Counted from the stretch's first letter, positions 20,935 to 34,349 are shown. The stretch: DNA of 64,000 nt from Antedon mediterranea (GCF_964355755.1 NC_092676.1:13534871-13598870); one strand, 5' to 3'. Notes: generated by a model not told the origin, from the sequence alone. Numbers and translations: made by a program.

Positions 20935-23900
20935 TGGGTTGCGGTTAGTCCATGGGCCAGACATTTTTTCGGTATCAAATTGGTGGCAAATGCTACCATA
21001 CATTTTTGGAAAGCTTAATATTTCTACTTTTCAGAAATCCATGATAGCAATGCCAATTGTACAACTTAATAGTCATTTTTTAGGATTATATAACACCGCC
21101 TACAGAAAATATGCAACACAAAATTTTTGCTAATAACTCGGGATTTAATGAACAGATTTGCATTTTCTTGGTATCAATATGTAGTGTATAGACTGCTTAA
21201 GTGTAATATATTTTTCTAAGTAAATCCAACAATTATTGACGCCATTAGAGGTCAGAAGGTCATTGAACTTTAATAAAAAATGATTTTTTGTCTAATATTA
21301 ACTTATAACTTTCAGTTTTTAACACAAAAAAAACAATAGATGTTATGCAAACTGATGTTTTCATGAACATATAGACCCAATAAACAAGAAAATTGAAGTT
21401 AAAGATTAACAAACTATGAATGTGCTGTGTATTATGAAGAAATTTGTTGTTTTTAGTAATTTGTAATCGTTTACAATTATGGGGTAGGGGGTAACATTTT
21501 TGCGAATAACTTACAATTTAGTTAACAGATTTGCATTTTCTTGCTATCAATATGTAGTGTATAGATTGCCTAATTGTAATATACTTTTTAAAAATGAATC
21601 CCGCATTTGTTGACATCTTTAGAGGTCAAAGGGTCACTGACCTTTAATAAAAAATGCAATTTCGTCTAAATTAGCTTATAAATTTCAATTTTAAACACAA
21701 AACTACAGGAAATCTTATGCAAACTAATGTTTTCTTAAACCTATAGACACAATAGATAAGAAAATTGAATTTAACATTTTTTCAAAATTGAATATGCTGT
21801 GCATTATAAAGAAACTTGTTCGTCATTAGTAATTTGTGACAATTATGGGGTAGGGGGTAACGTTTTTGCAAATAACTTAAGATTTAGTGAACAGATTTAC
21901 ATTTTCATGTTACCATTATGTAGTGTATGGATTTCATTATTGTAATATACTTTTTAAAAATGAATCCAGCATCTATTGACGTCTTTAGAGGTCAAAGGTC
22001 AATGACCTTCAATCAAAAATGCAATTTCTTCTAAATTAACTTATACATTTCAATTTTAAACACAAACTTACAAAAGATCTTATTTCGATGTTTTCCTAAA
22101 CATATAGACACAATGAATAAGAAAATTGAAATTAAAGAAACAAATATTCTATGAATTTATGAAGACATTTTGTCCGTTAATAATAATTTGTTATTAACAA
22201 TTATAGGGTAAGGGGTAACATTTTTTCTAATAACTTTGTATTTAGTGATCAAATTTGCATTTTTTTGTATTAATATGTACTGTGTAGGTTGCCTAATTGT
22301 TATATTCATGTTGAAAAAATAAAACGTAACATATTGACATCATTGTAGGTCAAAGGATCATTGAACATTACCAAACATTACAATTTCTTCAAAATTTAAC
22401 ATTAATAAAGTTTCAATTTTAAACACAAAAATACAACAAATCTATTACAAACTGGTGTTTTTTTTTCAAACCTATAAAGACAATGTACAAATACAAATTA
22501 AAGTTAAAGATTAAACACAAATAAACATGTATAGGCACTAACAATATGAAAAATTTTGACCGTATTAGTAATTTGTAATCCTTAAAAATTATGGGGTAAG
22601 GGGTAACATTTTTGCTAATAACTTTGAATTTATTGAACATATTTTGCATTTCTTGGTAACAATAAGTAGGGTACTGTATAAACTGTTTAATTAAAAATTG
22701 TTATATAAAAAAATTATCCAACATTTTGATCTCAAATAATATTACCAATAGTGGTTGTGTAGTTTTATTTAAAGCCTGTAGACAAAATTTTAGTATTTAG
22801 TGTTGTTGTGGGGTACAAAATAACATTATGCATGACTTGTTGGAGGGTATACATTATTGAAAAAAAAATTAATGATTTTGTTTTAATATGAGGATAGGAG
22901 CTTTATAAAAACATTTATTTCATCGTGAAATTACAGGGTGGATAAACTATTTTATAATTTATCGTGATTATAAACTAAGTCTCACTTAAGGCTTAAAGAG
23001 TGGAGTTGAAAGAGTCGTGAGTTACAAGCCTGGCACTAGGTCAGGATTGAACCCCGGACCTTGGGATTGGAAGGCAAGCACGTTAACCACCAAGCTACAG
23101 CTCCACTACTTTAGATAGAGTATTTGGTTATTTTTTTAATACATATCCTCCGGCTACTGTTTTTAGGCTATACTGTATAAATTGTTATTATTTTACAGAT
23201 TGACTACTTTAAATCAATTAATCGACTTATATAGTAATTTTTAAAATGACACTAGGGCCTACCAATTAAATTTGTATTTAAAAGATATTCTTTTTCTATA
23301 AATGTTCATCTGACATTTTCCTGTATCTTGGTTTACAAAAATGAACTCCGTAACAATATGTAAATGTTTCAGATCTGCATATCAGCTGCAGTTTAGCAAT
23401 TCACACTTTCTAGAAAAATTAATTCTATTATATTACATCGTCAAATTCCAGTAAAGCCTACATCATTTAAAACAACTGGGTACGGTATATATAGAAATCT
23501 TTAAAAGACATGATTTTGTTATCGCAAACTGAAGTATGATCTTGTGCAATGTTCCTTGACATTTTGGAATGTGATACTTTGCAAGTTTCCCGATTTTGAT
23601 CAACGTTACCGTTAATATCTTTTAAAATGTTATGAAAAAGCTGACGAAAATACTAGAACCAAGTACACTGGTACAGCACGTTATAGTCTTCAGTCTGTAT
23701 TCTCTAGAGATGTGAAGGGCATCCAACAATGGATAGAAACACTATTTGGCTCAGTGGCGTCTGTGAGCAATGAGGAAAATGTAAAGTATGCATGACAGTC
23801 TCTTCTGAAGATGTACCAGATATGATTTTTCCTTCCTGTGTAAATTGTATTGACTGGACCTTCTCACCTAACTTTAGGTGGTTGTGTCAGAGTTATCCTC

Positions 23901-26093
23901 CAATATAATTGTTAATTTCCATGTCAATGTCTCTATCGACACAATATGTTGGGTCCTTTCCAGGAGTCCAGAATATACAAAGAGACTGAAGACCGTAACA
24001 TGCTGCACCAGTGTTCTTGATTAAAAAATTGGTTAATAGATATTAATGGTAACCTTGATCAAAATGGGGAAAACTTACAACCACCTTCGACCATGCCAAG
24101 ATACATGGCACATACTTCAAACTGCGATATGAAAACATAGAGATACCCAGTTCTTTCAAACGTATGTGGAAGATGTGGAACTGCAGCTAATATGAAAATC
24201 TAAAAAATTGACATATTAATGAGTTTGAATAAACTAACTGTTTTCTTTAAATCAAGATGAAGTAAAATGTAATTGTCCTGTAATATTACAATACCATAAC
24301 AGTTTTGTTTAGCATTTGCAAACCAGATGAACAATTATAACCTTAGAATATCTTATCAGTTACAAATAAAAGATATAATTGGTAATCTAAACAATTTCTA
24401 TGATTACTATAGACAATTGAATGTTTAGAATATGTAAATTATAAAAAACAATTTACAACACAGAAGCTGGATATGTTTATTATTATCAATATGTAATAAC
24501 AATGAAACATCAAAGATATATTTATTATCCTTATTATTTTAATTAATAATAAATCAAATAATGTATACCTTCCAAAAAGTCATGCATTTTGTTATTTCGT
24601 ACCCCATAACAATACTAAACGGTGAATTTTTTTCTATAGGTTTAATAAGTTAAAAACCACATAAATCTATTGGTAATAACATTTTGATAATTTTTTAATA
24701 TATAGCAATTAAACAGTTTATATACTACTTATTGGTTCCTAGAAATGCAAAATATGTTGACTAAATTCAAAGTTATTAGCAAAAATGTTACCCCTTACCC
24801 CATAATTTTTAATAATTATTAAGAAAACATTAGTTTGCATAAGATATCTTGTATTTTTGTGTTTAAAATTGAAATGTATAAGCTAATTTAGAAGAAATTG
24901 CATTTTTGATTAAAGGTCATTGACCTTTGACCTCTAAAAGACATCAATAGATGTTGGATTCATTTTTTAAAAGCATGTTACAATAAAGAAATCCATACAC
25001 TACATACTGATAACAAGAAAATGTAAATCTGTTCACGAAATCTTAAGTTATTTGCAAAAACGTTACCCCCTACCCCATAATTGTCACAAATTACTAATGA
25101 CGAAAAAATTTCTTTACAATGCACAGCATATTCAATTTTGAAAAAATGTTAACTTCAATTTTCTTATTTATTGTGTCTATAGGTTTAAGAAAACATTAGT
25201 TTGCATAAGATATCTTGTATTTTTGTGTTTAAAATTGAAATTTATAAGCTAATTTAGAAGAAATTGTATTTTTTATTAAAGGTCAGTGACCTTTTGACCT
25301 CTAAAGATGTCAAGAAATGCGGGATTCAATTTTAAAAAGTATATTACAATTAGGCAATCTATACACTACATACTGATAGCAAGAAAATGCAAATCTGTTA
25401 ACTAAATTGTAAGTTATTCGCAAAAATGTTACCCCCTACCCCATAATTGTAAACGATTAGGCCTACAAATTACTAAAAACAACAAATGTCTTCATAATAC
25501 ACAGCATATTCATAGTTTGTTAATCTTTAACTTCAATTTTCTTGTTTATTGGGTCTATATGTTCATGAAAACATCAGTTTGCATAACATCTATTGTATTT
25601 TTTTTGTTAAAAACTGAAAGTTATAAGTTAATATTAGACAAAAAATCATTTTTTACTAAAGTTCAATTACCTTCTGACCTCTAATGGCGTCAATAATTGT
25701 TGGATTCACTTAGAAAAATATATTACACTTAAGCAGTCTATACACTACATATTGATACCAAGAAAATGCAAATCTGTTCATTAAATCCCGAGTTATTAGC
25801 AAAAGTGTTACCCCCTACCCCAAAATCTTGTGTTGCATATTTTCCGTAGGCGGTGTTATATAATCCTAAAAAATGACTATTAAGCTGTACAATTGGCATT
25901 GCTATCATGGATTTCTGAAAATTAGACATATTAAGCTTTCCAAAAATGTATGGTAGCATTTGCCACCAATTTGATACTGCTTTCGCAAAAAACTGGACCT
26001 GACCCATGGATAATTTTGAGAAAATGTCAAATTTAACCCTCTTATTTTTCGCTAAAACTTGATTACGACACTATAAGATGATGACGCAACCCA
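20935..26093. mobile_element. ~5-kb foldback (palindromic) element with ~360-bp tandem units in both arms
   Basis: 20971-21130 is inverted at 25820-25977 (near-identical ORFs 20870+ and 25738-). Symmetry can be traced to ~23700/23970. Unit marker ATTATGGGGTAGGGGGTAAC at ~21476, 21842, 22200 and 22589. Outermost TGGGTTGCG/CGCAACCCA. No TSD seen. Confidence 0.85.
22940..23104 (-). mobile_element. Short tRNA-derived SINE in the left foldback arm
   Basis: Minus strand reads GGAGCTGTAGCTTGGTGGTTAACGTGCTTGCCTTCCAATCCCAAGGTCCGGGGTTCAATCC. It is absent from the right arm. Confidence 0.65.
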
Positions 26094-26454
26094 CGCGTAC
26101 ACCAACCAGTGATATTATTAGAGCGTAATAAGTAATTGAATTCTTAAAAGTCCATAATTTTAACCGTGTTCATTCGTCGTATAGCCAAATTCGTGAATGT
26201 GGAAACCGGTCGTTCCACTGTGGTGTCGTTTGTCGATTTTTTATCTTTATTAATGTTAGTATACTACCCATATCGATTGTTTATCGTTGTTGTTTTATAC
26301 TATTAATTAATAATTGGTGGCTACTTGCACCCCAAAATGTGGACTGGAAAAAAAATAAGGCAGGTGTAATTTCTTACAAAGGCAAAAAAAAAAATGATAC
26401 TGATAGCAGTAAAATACTAATAATAATTAAGGTTCTATATTTTATTATTACATT

Positions 26455-26668
26455 GAATACGCCCAAGACGTATTCAGTTTGTACATAATATCCAATATCT
26501 TGGACATGATGAGGCTGAGGCTGGAGACAATGAAAGATGTTGACTATTTTAGAAGGTTGGCCAACAAACGAAAGGAATGGAGAAACCTGGTACAAAGAGT
26601 AAGCAAGGCAGCCCAGGCGGAGAAATCAAACGATTACTCGGCGAAATAGACATAATATAAAATTAATA
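26455..26668 (+). mobile_element. 3' fragment of an RTE-like LINE
   Basis: RPRR... followed by LRLETMKDVDYFRRLANKRKEWRNLVQRVSKAAQAEK*, resembling the RTE ORF2 C-terminus (LAxDRxxWR), with an A/T tail. Confidence 0.5.
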
Positions 26669-28339
26669 GAGGGCGCTATTAGTTTTAAACGAACTTCTGA
26701 ACGAAAACAAACAATAGAATATCCCAAGAAGCCGATTGGAGTTTCTAGTGTTTCGATAATTTCTTTTCGTTTGTACGGTAATATTTAGTATATTTACTTT
26801 AAGCATAGTTTACTTTAACCATTTGAACTGTTTGCAGGCTTCTTAACATATTTTAAAGAATAAATAAGCGATTTTAAAGGCCGGATCAGTTTTGGCCTAG
26901 CCTAGGGCCTAGCCTAGGCCTAGCCTAGCCGGACCTGTTTTAGCGGCTGTTTCAACGCCAAAATCGATCCGACAGTTTTGGGGCTTGATTACGACCATGG
27001 AGTAAATTACTCCATGATTACGACCAAAATCGATCCGGCAGGACCGATTTTGGCCGGACCAATTTTGGCGTGACAGGAACATCTCTACAAGACGTGAAAT
27101 AGTTGGAAAAAACATAATTAGCCTAGCTAGTAGGGCCTAGCCTAGGCTAGATGATTTCCAGTTGTCTGTCGAAATTTTGTATTGCTGTCTTTATCCAAGT
27201 CGGCCCTAAACCGTCTCGGCCAAAGTCAAGTCGGCCCCAAGTCCAAAAATAATCGGTCAACTCGGCCCCGTTAAAGTATGGAACACAAAAAGTGCAAATG
27301 AAGGGGATTGATAAAATAATATTTCTTCACATTTTTTTACCTATGAATAATTCTGACTTTTAATGAATATTAATATTTAGACAATAATACATTTAGCAAA
27401 AAAAATAAGAATGATTTCACTAACTTTCCTTTATTTACGTTTAATAAAAAATTTTAAATTGCACAAATTGTTTAAATTGCGCATAACAAACAATTGATTA
27501 ATAAGCATTCATACTATTATTAATGATTACAATGAACATTTGGATAATAAATAGGAACACAATATTGTAGGCCCAATAATGATGATGCACGTACGTGGGC
27601 GCATATGTTCGTTCGTGCGTCAAAATTCAATAAACATGTCCGATATGCGAGGACATTTATTAGGTGTAATAAGATTGTTTGGTTGAATCACTGAGGTATA
27701 AAATAATGTTAACTCCATTGTTGAATCACACGTAGATTTCTTCAGTGTATGCATTTGATTAGGTGACAACATCTGAAACCAATTCGTAGCTGCGCCTTTG
27801 GCAGCTATTTTGATATCTACAACTGCTACGTGTTTTCGCTGACTGGGGGATTCCCCTTTTTTTAAAATGGTGGAACATAGGCCTACGTCTTCGATTTACT
27901 AAAATGCGGTACCTGCACGAGTTTTTGTAACACGGCTATTCATATCGGCAATGAGATCATTTTTTTATATGATATTCCCGGGGGGGGGGGGGGGGTCACT
28001 TGCATATAAACCAAACGGGGGGGGGGGGGTGCAGCAGCCACTTCAAGACATGAGGCACTTGCGCTACCTGTTTTACTGAAAAATACTACGGACTTGAACT
28101 ACCATTTACCAAATAAAAATCCAGTGTTTAGTACAGGAAAGATATGCTCAGAATCAGTAAAAGGTTGAAAAAATTGCAGAACAGAACAGAATTTTTTTCA
28201 CCACAATGCATTTCTATAAGGTCCCTATATGAACATACTAAAAGTCTAGAAAAATCCAGGTAGGGGAAATAGGTTTTTTTAAACAAAATGGCCGCCAATG
28301 GCGAAAAATGTCTAAAAATGAACAAAAAACATATATTTT

Positions 28340-28470
28340 ATAATAATAATAATAAATGAAAACTTATATAGCGCCGGTATCCTCCACCCATGTGGCGCTC
28401 ATGGCGCTTTGTGCATTAACAACGTGCGAGAACATCAGCGAATAGCTACGTCTTTAGGTTGGTCTTGAAA
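28340..28470 (-). mobile_element. L2-like LINE 3' tail fragment
   Basis: Minus strand FKTNLKT*LF, then GGCGCTATATAAG...(TTA)n. Absent from the right Academ arm. A similar tail lies at ~42318-42355. Confidence 0.55.
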
Positions 28471-28799
28471 TTATTATATATATATATATTATATCTAATT
28501 ACCACTTGATAGCAGTTTTTATAATGCTTTTTATATTTCTTTAGTGTCAAACATTTAAACTGCAATATACATATTAATTTAAGTGCTATTTAGCAACAAA
28601 AACACACATTTAAGTATCAAGATATCACCATGGTTATAATAATAGACAACGTAGTCCTATGCATTATAATGCAGGACTACGGTGTCTAATAAAACAGCTC
28701 ATTTACATTTGTACTGTCACAACAATAGAATTATACAATCTTAGAATCTATTAATCCATTCATTTTCATTGTCCAGTTATCATCTTCTGTCTATAGGTA

Positions 28800-29300
28800 G
28801 GAATTAAGCATGTGCTGATGCCGTGGTATTCGTCACAAACAGTGGTACTGGTGGTAAATTTGTCATCAATGGACACATCACGCCATTTGTAACTTTCCAT
28901 TCCCCAGTCTGTGGGTTGAAGAAGAGTACTTTCTATCCACTGCTGTACCATGGTAATATACACGCAGGGAATGACATTTTGCAGCATTTGTTGTAGGGGG
29001 AATAGACTTTATTTCAAGTGCTGTTTTGCTTTTTGCTACTTTCTCCCAGAACGTATTCCTCCATACAGTATAGCTACCAATGCCAATTCCTCTGATGCGA
29101 TGGTTTCTTTTTTTTGGAGACGTTTGGTTTTACAGAGTTTGTAAGCATACTACTGCCCAGGTGTTATGACTTTTTAAGACCTTTTCCTATACCAAATAGA
29201 TGGGATGTAGTATCATATCCCTGGATTCCATGTATAAAAAGCAAACTAATTTTTACAGAGCTTCACACCAAGGACAGACTTTACATGCATTCACAGTGCT
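28800..29300 (-). pseudogene. Academ-type transposase C-terminal relic
   Basis: Frameshifted LLFIHGIQGYDTTSHLFGIGKG, LVAILYGG, IPPTTNAAKCHSLRVYYH-VQQW, LQPTDWG-WK and MTNLPPVP. Confidence 0.7.
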
Positions 29301-29829
29301 CCCCCATCGAGAACATACAGTATTAAATCAATGAATGAAGCAACCGTGACAGAATATAAATTTAAGAGGAAAGAACACGTGGGTCAAACCAACCATATTC
29401 ATTAATAAAGAATCAGTGCACATTCCCTCACATATACTATTTCATCATCTATGTGAGACAGTCATACACAATGCATCATTTGGTGAAAAAGAATCTTATA
29501 CTTTTCCTGCAGCCCTCTTTTACTCCATTGACTCCATACACACTGCTAGACTACTCAGAAACCTTCATCTCACTGCCCACTGTTTGCTACATCAAACCTT
29601 TTGGCCCGAAACAGCAACATTTCAAGACACTTATTATGTACCATGTATGTTTGTTACGTTATGTGAAGGCAAAGTAAACTATTGTGTTTAATGGCTATAA
29701 TTATGGGCCGTAAGTAAATTTGGTTTAGGAAAAGGTGTTGGCCTTAAAAATCATCACATCACAGTAGGAGTTGTATGTCAAATTCTGTAAACCAAACAGT
29801 TTAAAAAAAAAGAAGAAAACATTGCATCA

Positions 29830-30200
29830 AGAATTTGGCATTGGTACCTATATATTATGGAGGGAAGTACGTCAATGGAGACTTTAGACAGCCTCTTTTC
29901 TTTGAGAAAGTTGCAAAAAGCAAATCTATTCCCTTGCTGCAAAATTTCATTTCGTGAGTCTTTATTACCAGGTATAGCAGTGGATAGGAGATACTCTTCA
30001 ACCCACAGACTAGGGATGGAAAGTATTGATGACAAATTGACTACCAGCACCAGAGAAACTATTAAAGTTGATTAGATGTACCTATAAATAAGGTTGTAGT
30101 AAAATGAATTGCCGTTGCAGAAAATATGGTTTGGACTGCTGCTCCACTATTTTTTAAGAATGCCACGGCATCAGCACATGCTCAATTCCCCACCAATAGA
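29830..30200 (+). pseudogene. Second, inverted and diverged copy of the same transposase C-terminus
   Basis: LYYQV*QWIGDTLQPTD*GWK...PAPE...CRCRKYGLDC...ECHGISTC, homologous to the minus strand of 28780-29090. Confidence 0.65.
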
Positions 30201-31635
30201 TGGAGGATGAGATACTGACAAGATGAAAGTGAAATTACCGCATTTATTTGAATAAATGCCCTTGGTGGTTGATTTTTAAGGAGGGTAGTGGGGGCGTGTA
30301 ATCGTCGTGAGGAGTTTATTCGGAGAGGCGTATATTTTTGTGGGTGTAATGTGGGAAACGTGTATAATCAAATAAATACACCCTTTAGATATGAACAAAT
30401 ACAACACCATTCAGTGAATTCTATTACAAATAGAGATGTGTTAAAATACAATATTGTGTATAATATGCATGTGGCGGGGCGTACATTCGAGGAAATAAAT
30501 TCAAAATGATGTCCGATGGGAGCGGGGGAGGGGGTGCGGTGGCGTAGGTTATTCAAAATGATGTCCTATGGAGGGGGAGGGGGGCATTTATTCGATTTTT
30601 CTAAATGTAGCGTTTATCCGAATAAATACAGTAATAGATTGTGCCGCAAGGATTTTCCCGATGAGGGGGGGGGGGAGAGGGGTGGAGAGCGCAGCCAGCA
30701 TCAATTGGCTGGGCCATCAATGGGAGCGCACCCAGAGGTTCCGATAATATTGTACCGGTAAAGGGTAGTTTTACTCACTTTTAAAAATGAAAATCCTTGA
30801 AACAGCACTCAATGGGGTATTGTTTTATAATTATTAGGAAATATCATCATATTATTGTCTATATACATAAAAAATAGCCAATTGTGGAGAGGGGATGGGG
30901 GGGACGGACAGACTCCCTCACCCTTCCCATTTCATCTCCCATCCCTATACCCCTCCCCACTGGCACCACCAATGTTGTAATATATTGTTATAACAGTACA
31001 AATGTAAATGAACTGATTTATTAATAGACACCGTAATCCTATGTATTTATTAAGCATAGGAAGGACTGCGTTTTATATATTATTATAACAATAGGGATAT
31101 ATCTAGATACTTAAACATTTGTTTTTCGGCCATTTTCTAATTAACAGCACTTAAAATAATGTGTTTATTGTAGGTCAGATCTTCGAAATTGTAAAGAAAT
31201 ATATAAACCATTGTAAAAACTGTTATAAAGTGGTAATTAGATCTATCATTTATGTTTTTTTGTCCTTTTTTAGGAATTTTCGCCATTGGCGGCCATTTTG
31301 TTTAAAAAAACCTATTTCCCCTACCTGGATTTTTCTAGACTTTTAGTATATTCATATAGGGACCTTATAGAAATGCATTGTGGTGAAATAAATTCTGTTG
31401 CAATTTTTTCAACCATATTTCATAGTTTTCCTGTACTAGTTCTCTAAAAAGACGGCAGAAACAAGGCCACGCCAGAGAGGGCACAATATTTGTACTGGTT
31501 CCCGGCATGATCTGCGCATGGCCAAAGAGACCGTTCATGGCAAAATCACGAACGTGTTTTGATGACAACAAGTTTATCGCTCGTCCGCGCGGTGCATGAC
31601 GACGATGATCACGAGTCAAGTTATAGCATCCATTA

Positions 31636-33347
31636 GGCGTCATCTACAAATTATTTCAGACCACAGAGACGCGTCTGAAAACTTGCAACCCATCAGACGC
31701 GTCTGTCCAATGCTGAACCTCATTAACGATCTATTATGAATATTCATGAGCTACCCAATCGCGGCGAAGACGCGTCGCTGTGTGATTAAAACCCGTCTTC
31801 CCTGTTTAGTAGGTAAAACAATAGAAAACGCGTCTGAGTGATTAAAACCCGTCTGTATTGCTTGTATGGTGAAACAACATTGGTATCATTTCACAGAACC
31901 AACAAATCTGAGACTAGGCCTAGGTTATCCTAATTTGGACGGAAATTTGCCGATGAGACGACATCGGGCCTGGCCTGTGGACCTCAGCTCATGCAGAGAG
32001 AAAGAAAGTCTAGTCTAGCCTAGGCTTACACTAGGCCTATAAATTATTTAACGCTCCTACCTTGCCTTGGGTTAGCGAATTATAAAAACAACGACACCTA
32101 GGCCTAGGCTAGGATATGAAAAATAAATATATATTCCATATTAAGATTTAACATAGGCCTTTTAAAATGATTACGACATGTGTAAAGAAAAAGGCGCGAC
32201 CAGAATTTGGAGGGGTAAAACATGTGAGCAGTTTAGAGCTAGAGGAGAGAGTATTATGTTTCATGTCATGTGACACAAAATCCAGGTACACGATCTTAAT
32301 TACTGTTTTATCGTCGTCAGACGCACGGCAGCCGCCAGAGTATCGCGTTTCATGCCATGTGACAAAAAAAACTAGGTCTGTATTTATTACGGTCTTCTGT
32401 CGGCAGTCTTTTTGAGCGACCGACTGAAAACGTTCTGATACTATATTTAGAATGAATTGTTTACGATCTTTTTTTCTCGGCATCGTTCTGGATGGACTGG
32501 ACATTCGCTATAATATGTTTATTAGTTGGCCTGTTCGTTGAGGTTCACCTGTGTTGGATCGCGCGTCTCTACGTTTACATCGTGGGAAATTTATATTTAT
32601 ATTCGCCGTTGAGTAGGTAAACACGCACTAAGGAAACGATTACGATTAAAAAAATATTATATATTTACAACTTGGTCCTCCGCCAGTTAAATTTAACACA
32701 TTAATTTCACACCTTCTTACTCCACTAAGAACATCGTAGGGTTGTTTATTTAGGTTACGAACTCCCTACGAAGTTCAGAACATAGCTCATTGAAAGTTGT
32801 TTATTGAGGTTACGAAGCCAAACAATGGAACCTACGAAGCCAACAACGTAGCCTACGAAGCTACTTCGTAGGTAAAGTTGCAATATTTTCTTTCTGTACT
32901 GTAGGTCAATAGTTTGAGTGATTCCATGTTCCAAAAGTTAACTTTAACGTTTTTGCATGTGGTAAATTCACTCTTTAGCACAAGAAAAATAAAATCGCAA
33001 AAATAAAAGGTCGCGAATAAATAGAAACGAAAATTTGCGCTTTACAGTATACTCTGTCGGCGGTTAAAGGGTATACCTGTACTGATTTGTTTGTCTTACT
33101 GCCGGTTGTAAATAATAATTTAATATCACGCTCTCAATGAATTCACTTGTATGTAGCGCGTTTAACACCAGTACAGAGTATAACAATGTGCAGTCAGCCG
33201 TATATAGGGGCGGGGCCATAGTCGAACATGCATATTGGCGTCTAGACGCAGCCAAATCAGACGGGTTTTGAGACGCGTTTTTGGGTAAACAATAGAAAAC
33301 GCGTCTGGACGCTGATTTGTGGTCTGAAATAATTTGTAGATGACGCC
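31636..33347. mobile_element. PIF/Harbinger-like non-autonomous element
   Basis: TIR GGCGTCATCTACAAATTATTTCAGACCACA, TSD TTA at 31633-31635 and 33348-33350, subterminal GACGCGTCT repeats. Confidence 0.85.
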
Positions 33348-33910
33348 TTATGCTAATATACCTGCAAAATTTGGCGATAAATCGTGACATTTTGACACGG
33401 GTGGGCGGGCCAGGGACTTAAACTACTAATTTCACCCTGTCTTTTCCCACACTTGTGCTACCAACTCTCCATAATTTCCCACACTTGTGCTACCAGGCCC
33501 TCGAAAATATACCCGTAAATGCGGCACCTCCCCGTATGGAAATATTTAAGAGTGACCCCCCCGGGATGATATTATATTATATTTTTTATTTCTTCATTTT
33601 TTTCAAGTGTGGATAGTAATAATCATAATAATATTAAGCACTTTTTTGCGTTCCATACTTTATTGTGGCCGAGTTGACCGATTAGTTTTTGGCCGAGTTG
33701 ACTTGGGGCCAACTTGACGTTGGGCCGACTTGACTTTGGCCGAGACGGCTTGGGGCTGACTTGACCTGCACCCCTTTCAACCTCTAGGCCTGTAGTAGGC
33801 CTAGGCGTTTTAACATTGCTATGCCTAGGATTATTTGATCGTTTGTTAACATAATTAACACTTAACAGTAGGTACGTTTATATAATCCATATAAATAGTA
33901 ATATTTAATA

Positions 33911-34221
33911 ATTATGATTAGATGTTTTGCCCTACTCTGACGTAATTTGTACTTTATACTAAGTACATTTGAGAATACTTGCAAAAAAATTCGCGGGTGG
34001 GACTCGAACCCACGACCTCCAGATCACTAGCCTGGCGTTCATACCTCTAGACCACCAAGCTTGCGCTGATGGCTAGTGGTTAGATTCGAGCCCAAGTAAG
34101 CAGCGGGTACTGCACCAACAGGATGTAATTGTAGTTTTTGCGTCAGGAAGTTGTACAAATTACGTCAGAGTAGGGCAAAACATCTAATCACTCAACTCCC
34201 CGACGCAAAAACTACAATTAC
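33911..34221 (-). mobile_element. Small element with an internal tRNA-like cassette and interlocked inverted repeats
   Basis: A (33915-33952) pairs with A' (34153-34190), and B' (34124-34153) pairs with B (34193-34222). Minus-strand A box TGGTCTAGAGG, B box GGTTCGAGTCC and T7. Flanking direct repeat AATATTTAATA at 33900-33910 and 34222-34232. Confidence 0.75.
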
Positions 34222-34349
34222 AATATTTAATATGATTATTAAAAACCAATTGTTACTGTTTTAATCAATGTGAATCAAATGGGCCTTGGCTAGGTCTACC
34301 TTATTATTATTTGATTCAAATGACAGGAAAGGAATCTATTTAGATGTTG

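Larger units (their letters stand above)
28129..31438. mobile_element. Academ-like DNA transposon derivative with long TIRs
   Basis: TAGTACAGGAAA...TTTCCTGTACTA termini, 3-bp TSD GTT at 28126-28128 and 31439-31441, TIR homology over several hundred bp, and transposase relics inside. Confidence 0.8.
27977..33565. mobile_element. Unclassified TIR element with CCCGGGGG...TCACT ends and an 8-bp TSD
   Basis: CCCGG(G)nTCACTTGCATAT / ATATTTAAGAGTGACCCCCCCGGG. TSD ATGATATT at 27969-27976 and 33566-33573. Confidence 0.8.
27193..33774. mobile_element. TIR element (AAGTCGGCC-repeat arms, MULE-like) hosting a nest
   Basis: 27195-27295 is the inverse of 33639-33765. The left tip appears eroded and no TSD could be read. 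Confidence 0.65.

Noticed and set aside
20870-21133. Duplicated small ORFs at 20870+ and 25738- as paralogous genes
   Set aside because: They are the two arms of the foldback, with no recognisable domain and non-ATG or differing starts.
23600-24000. Coding relic at the palindrome centre
   Set aside because: The composition looks coding-like, but all frames I read have stops and no motif I can name.
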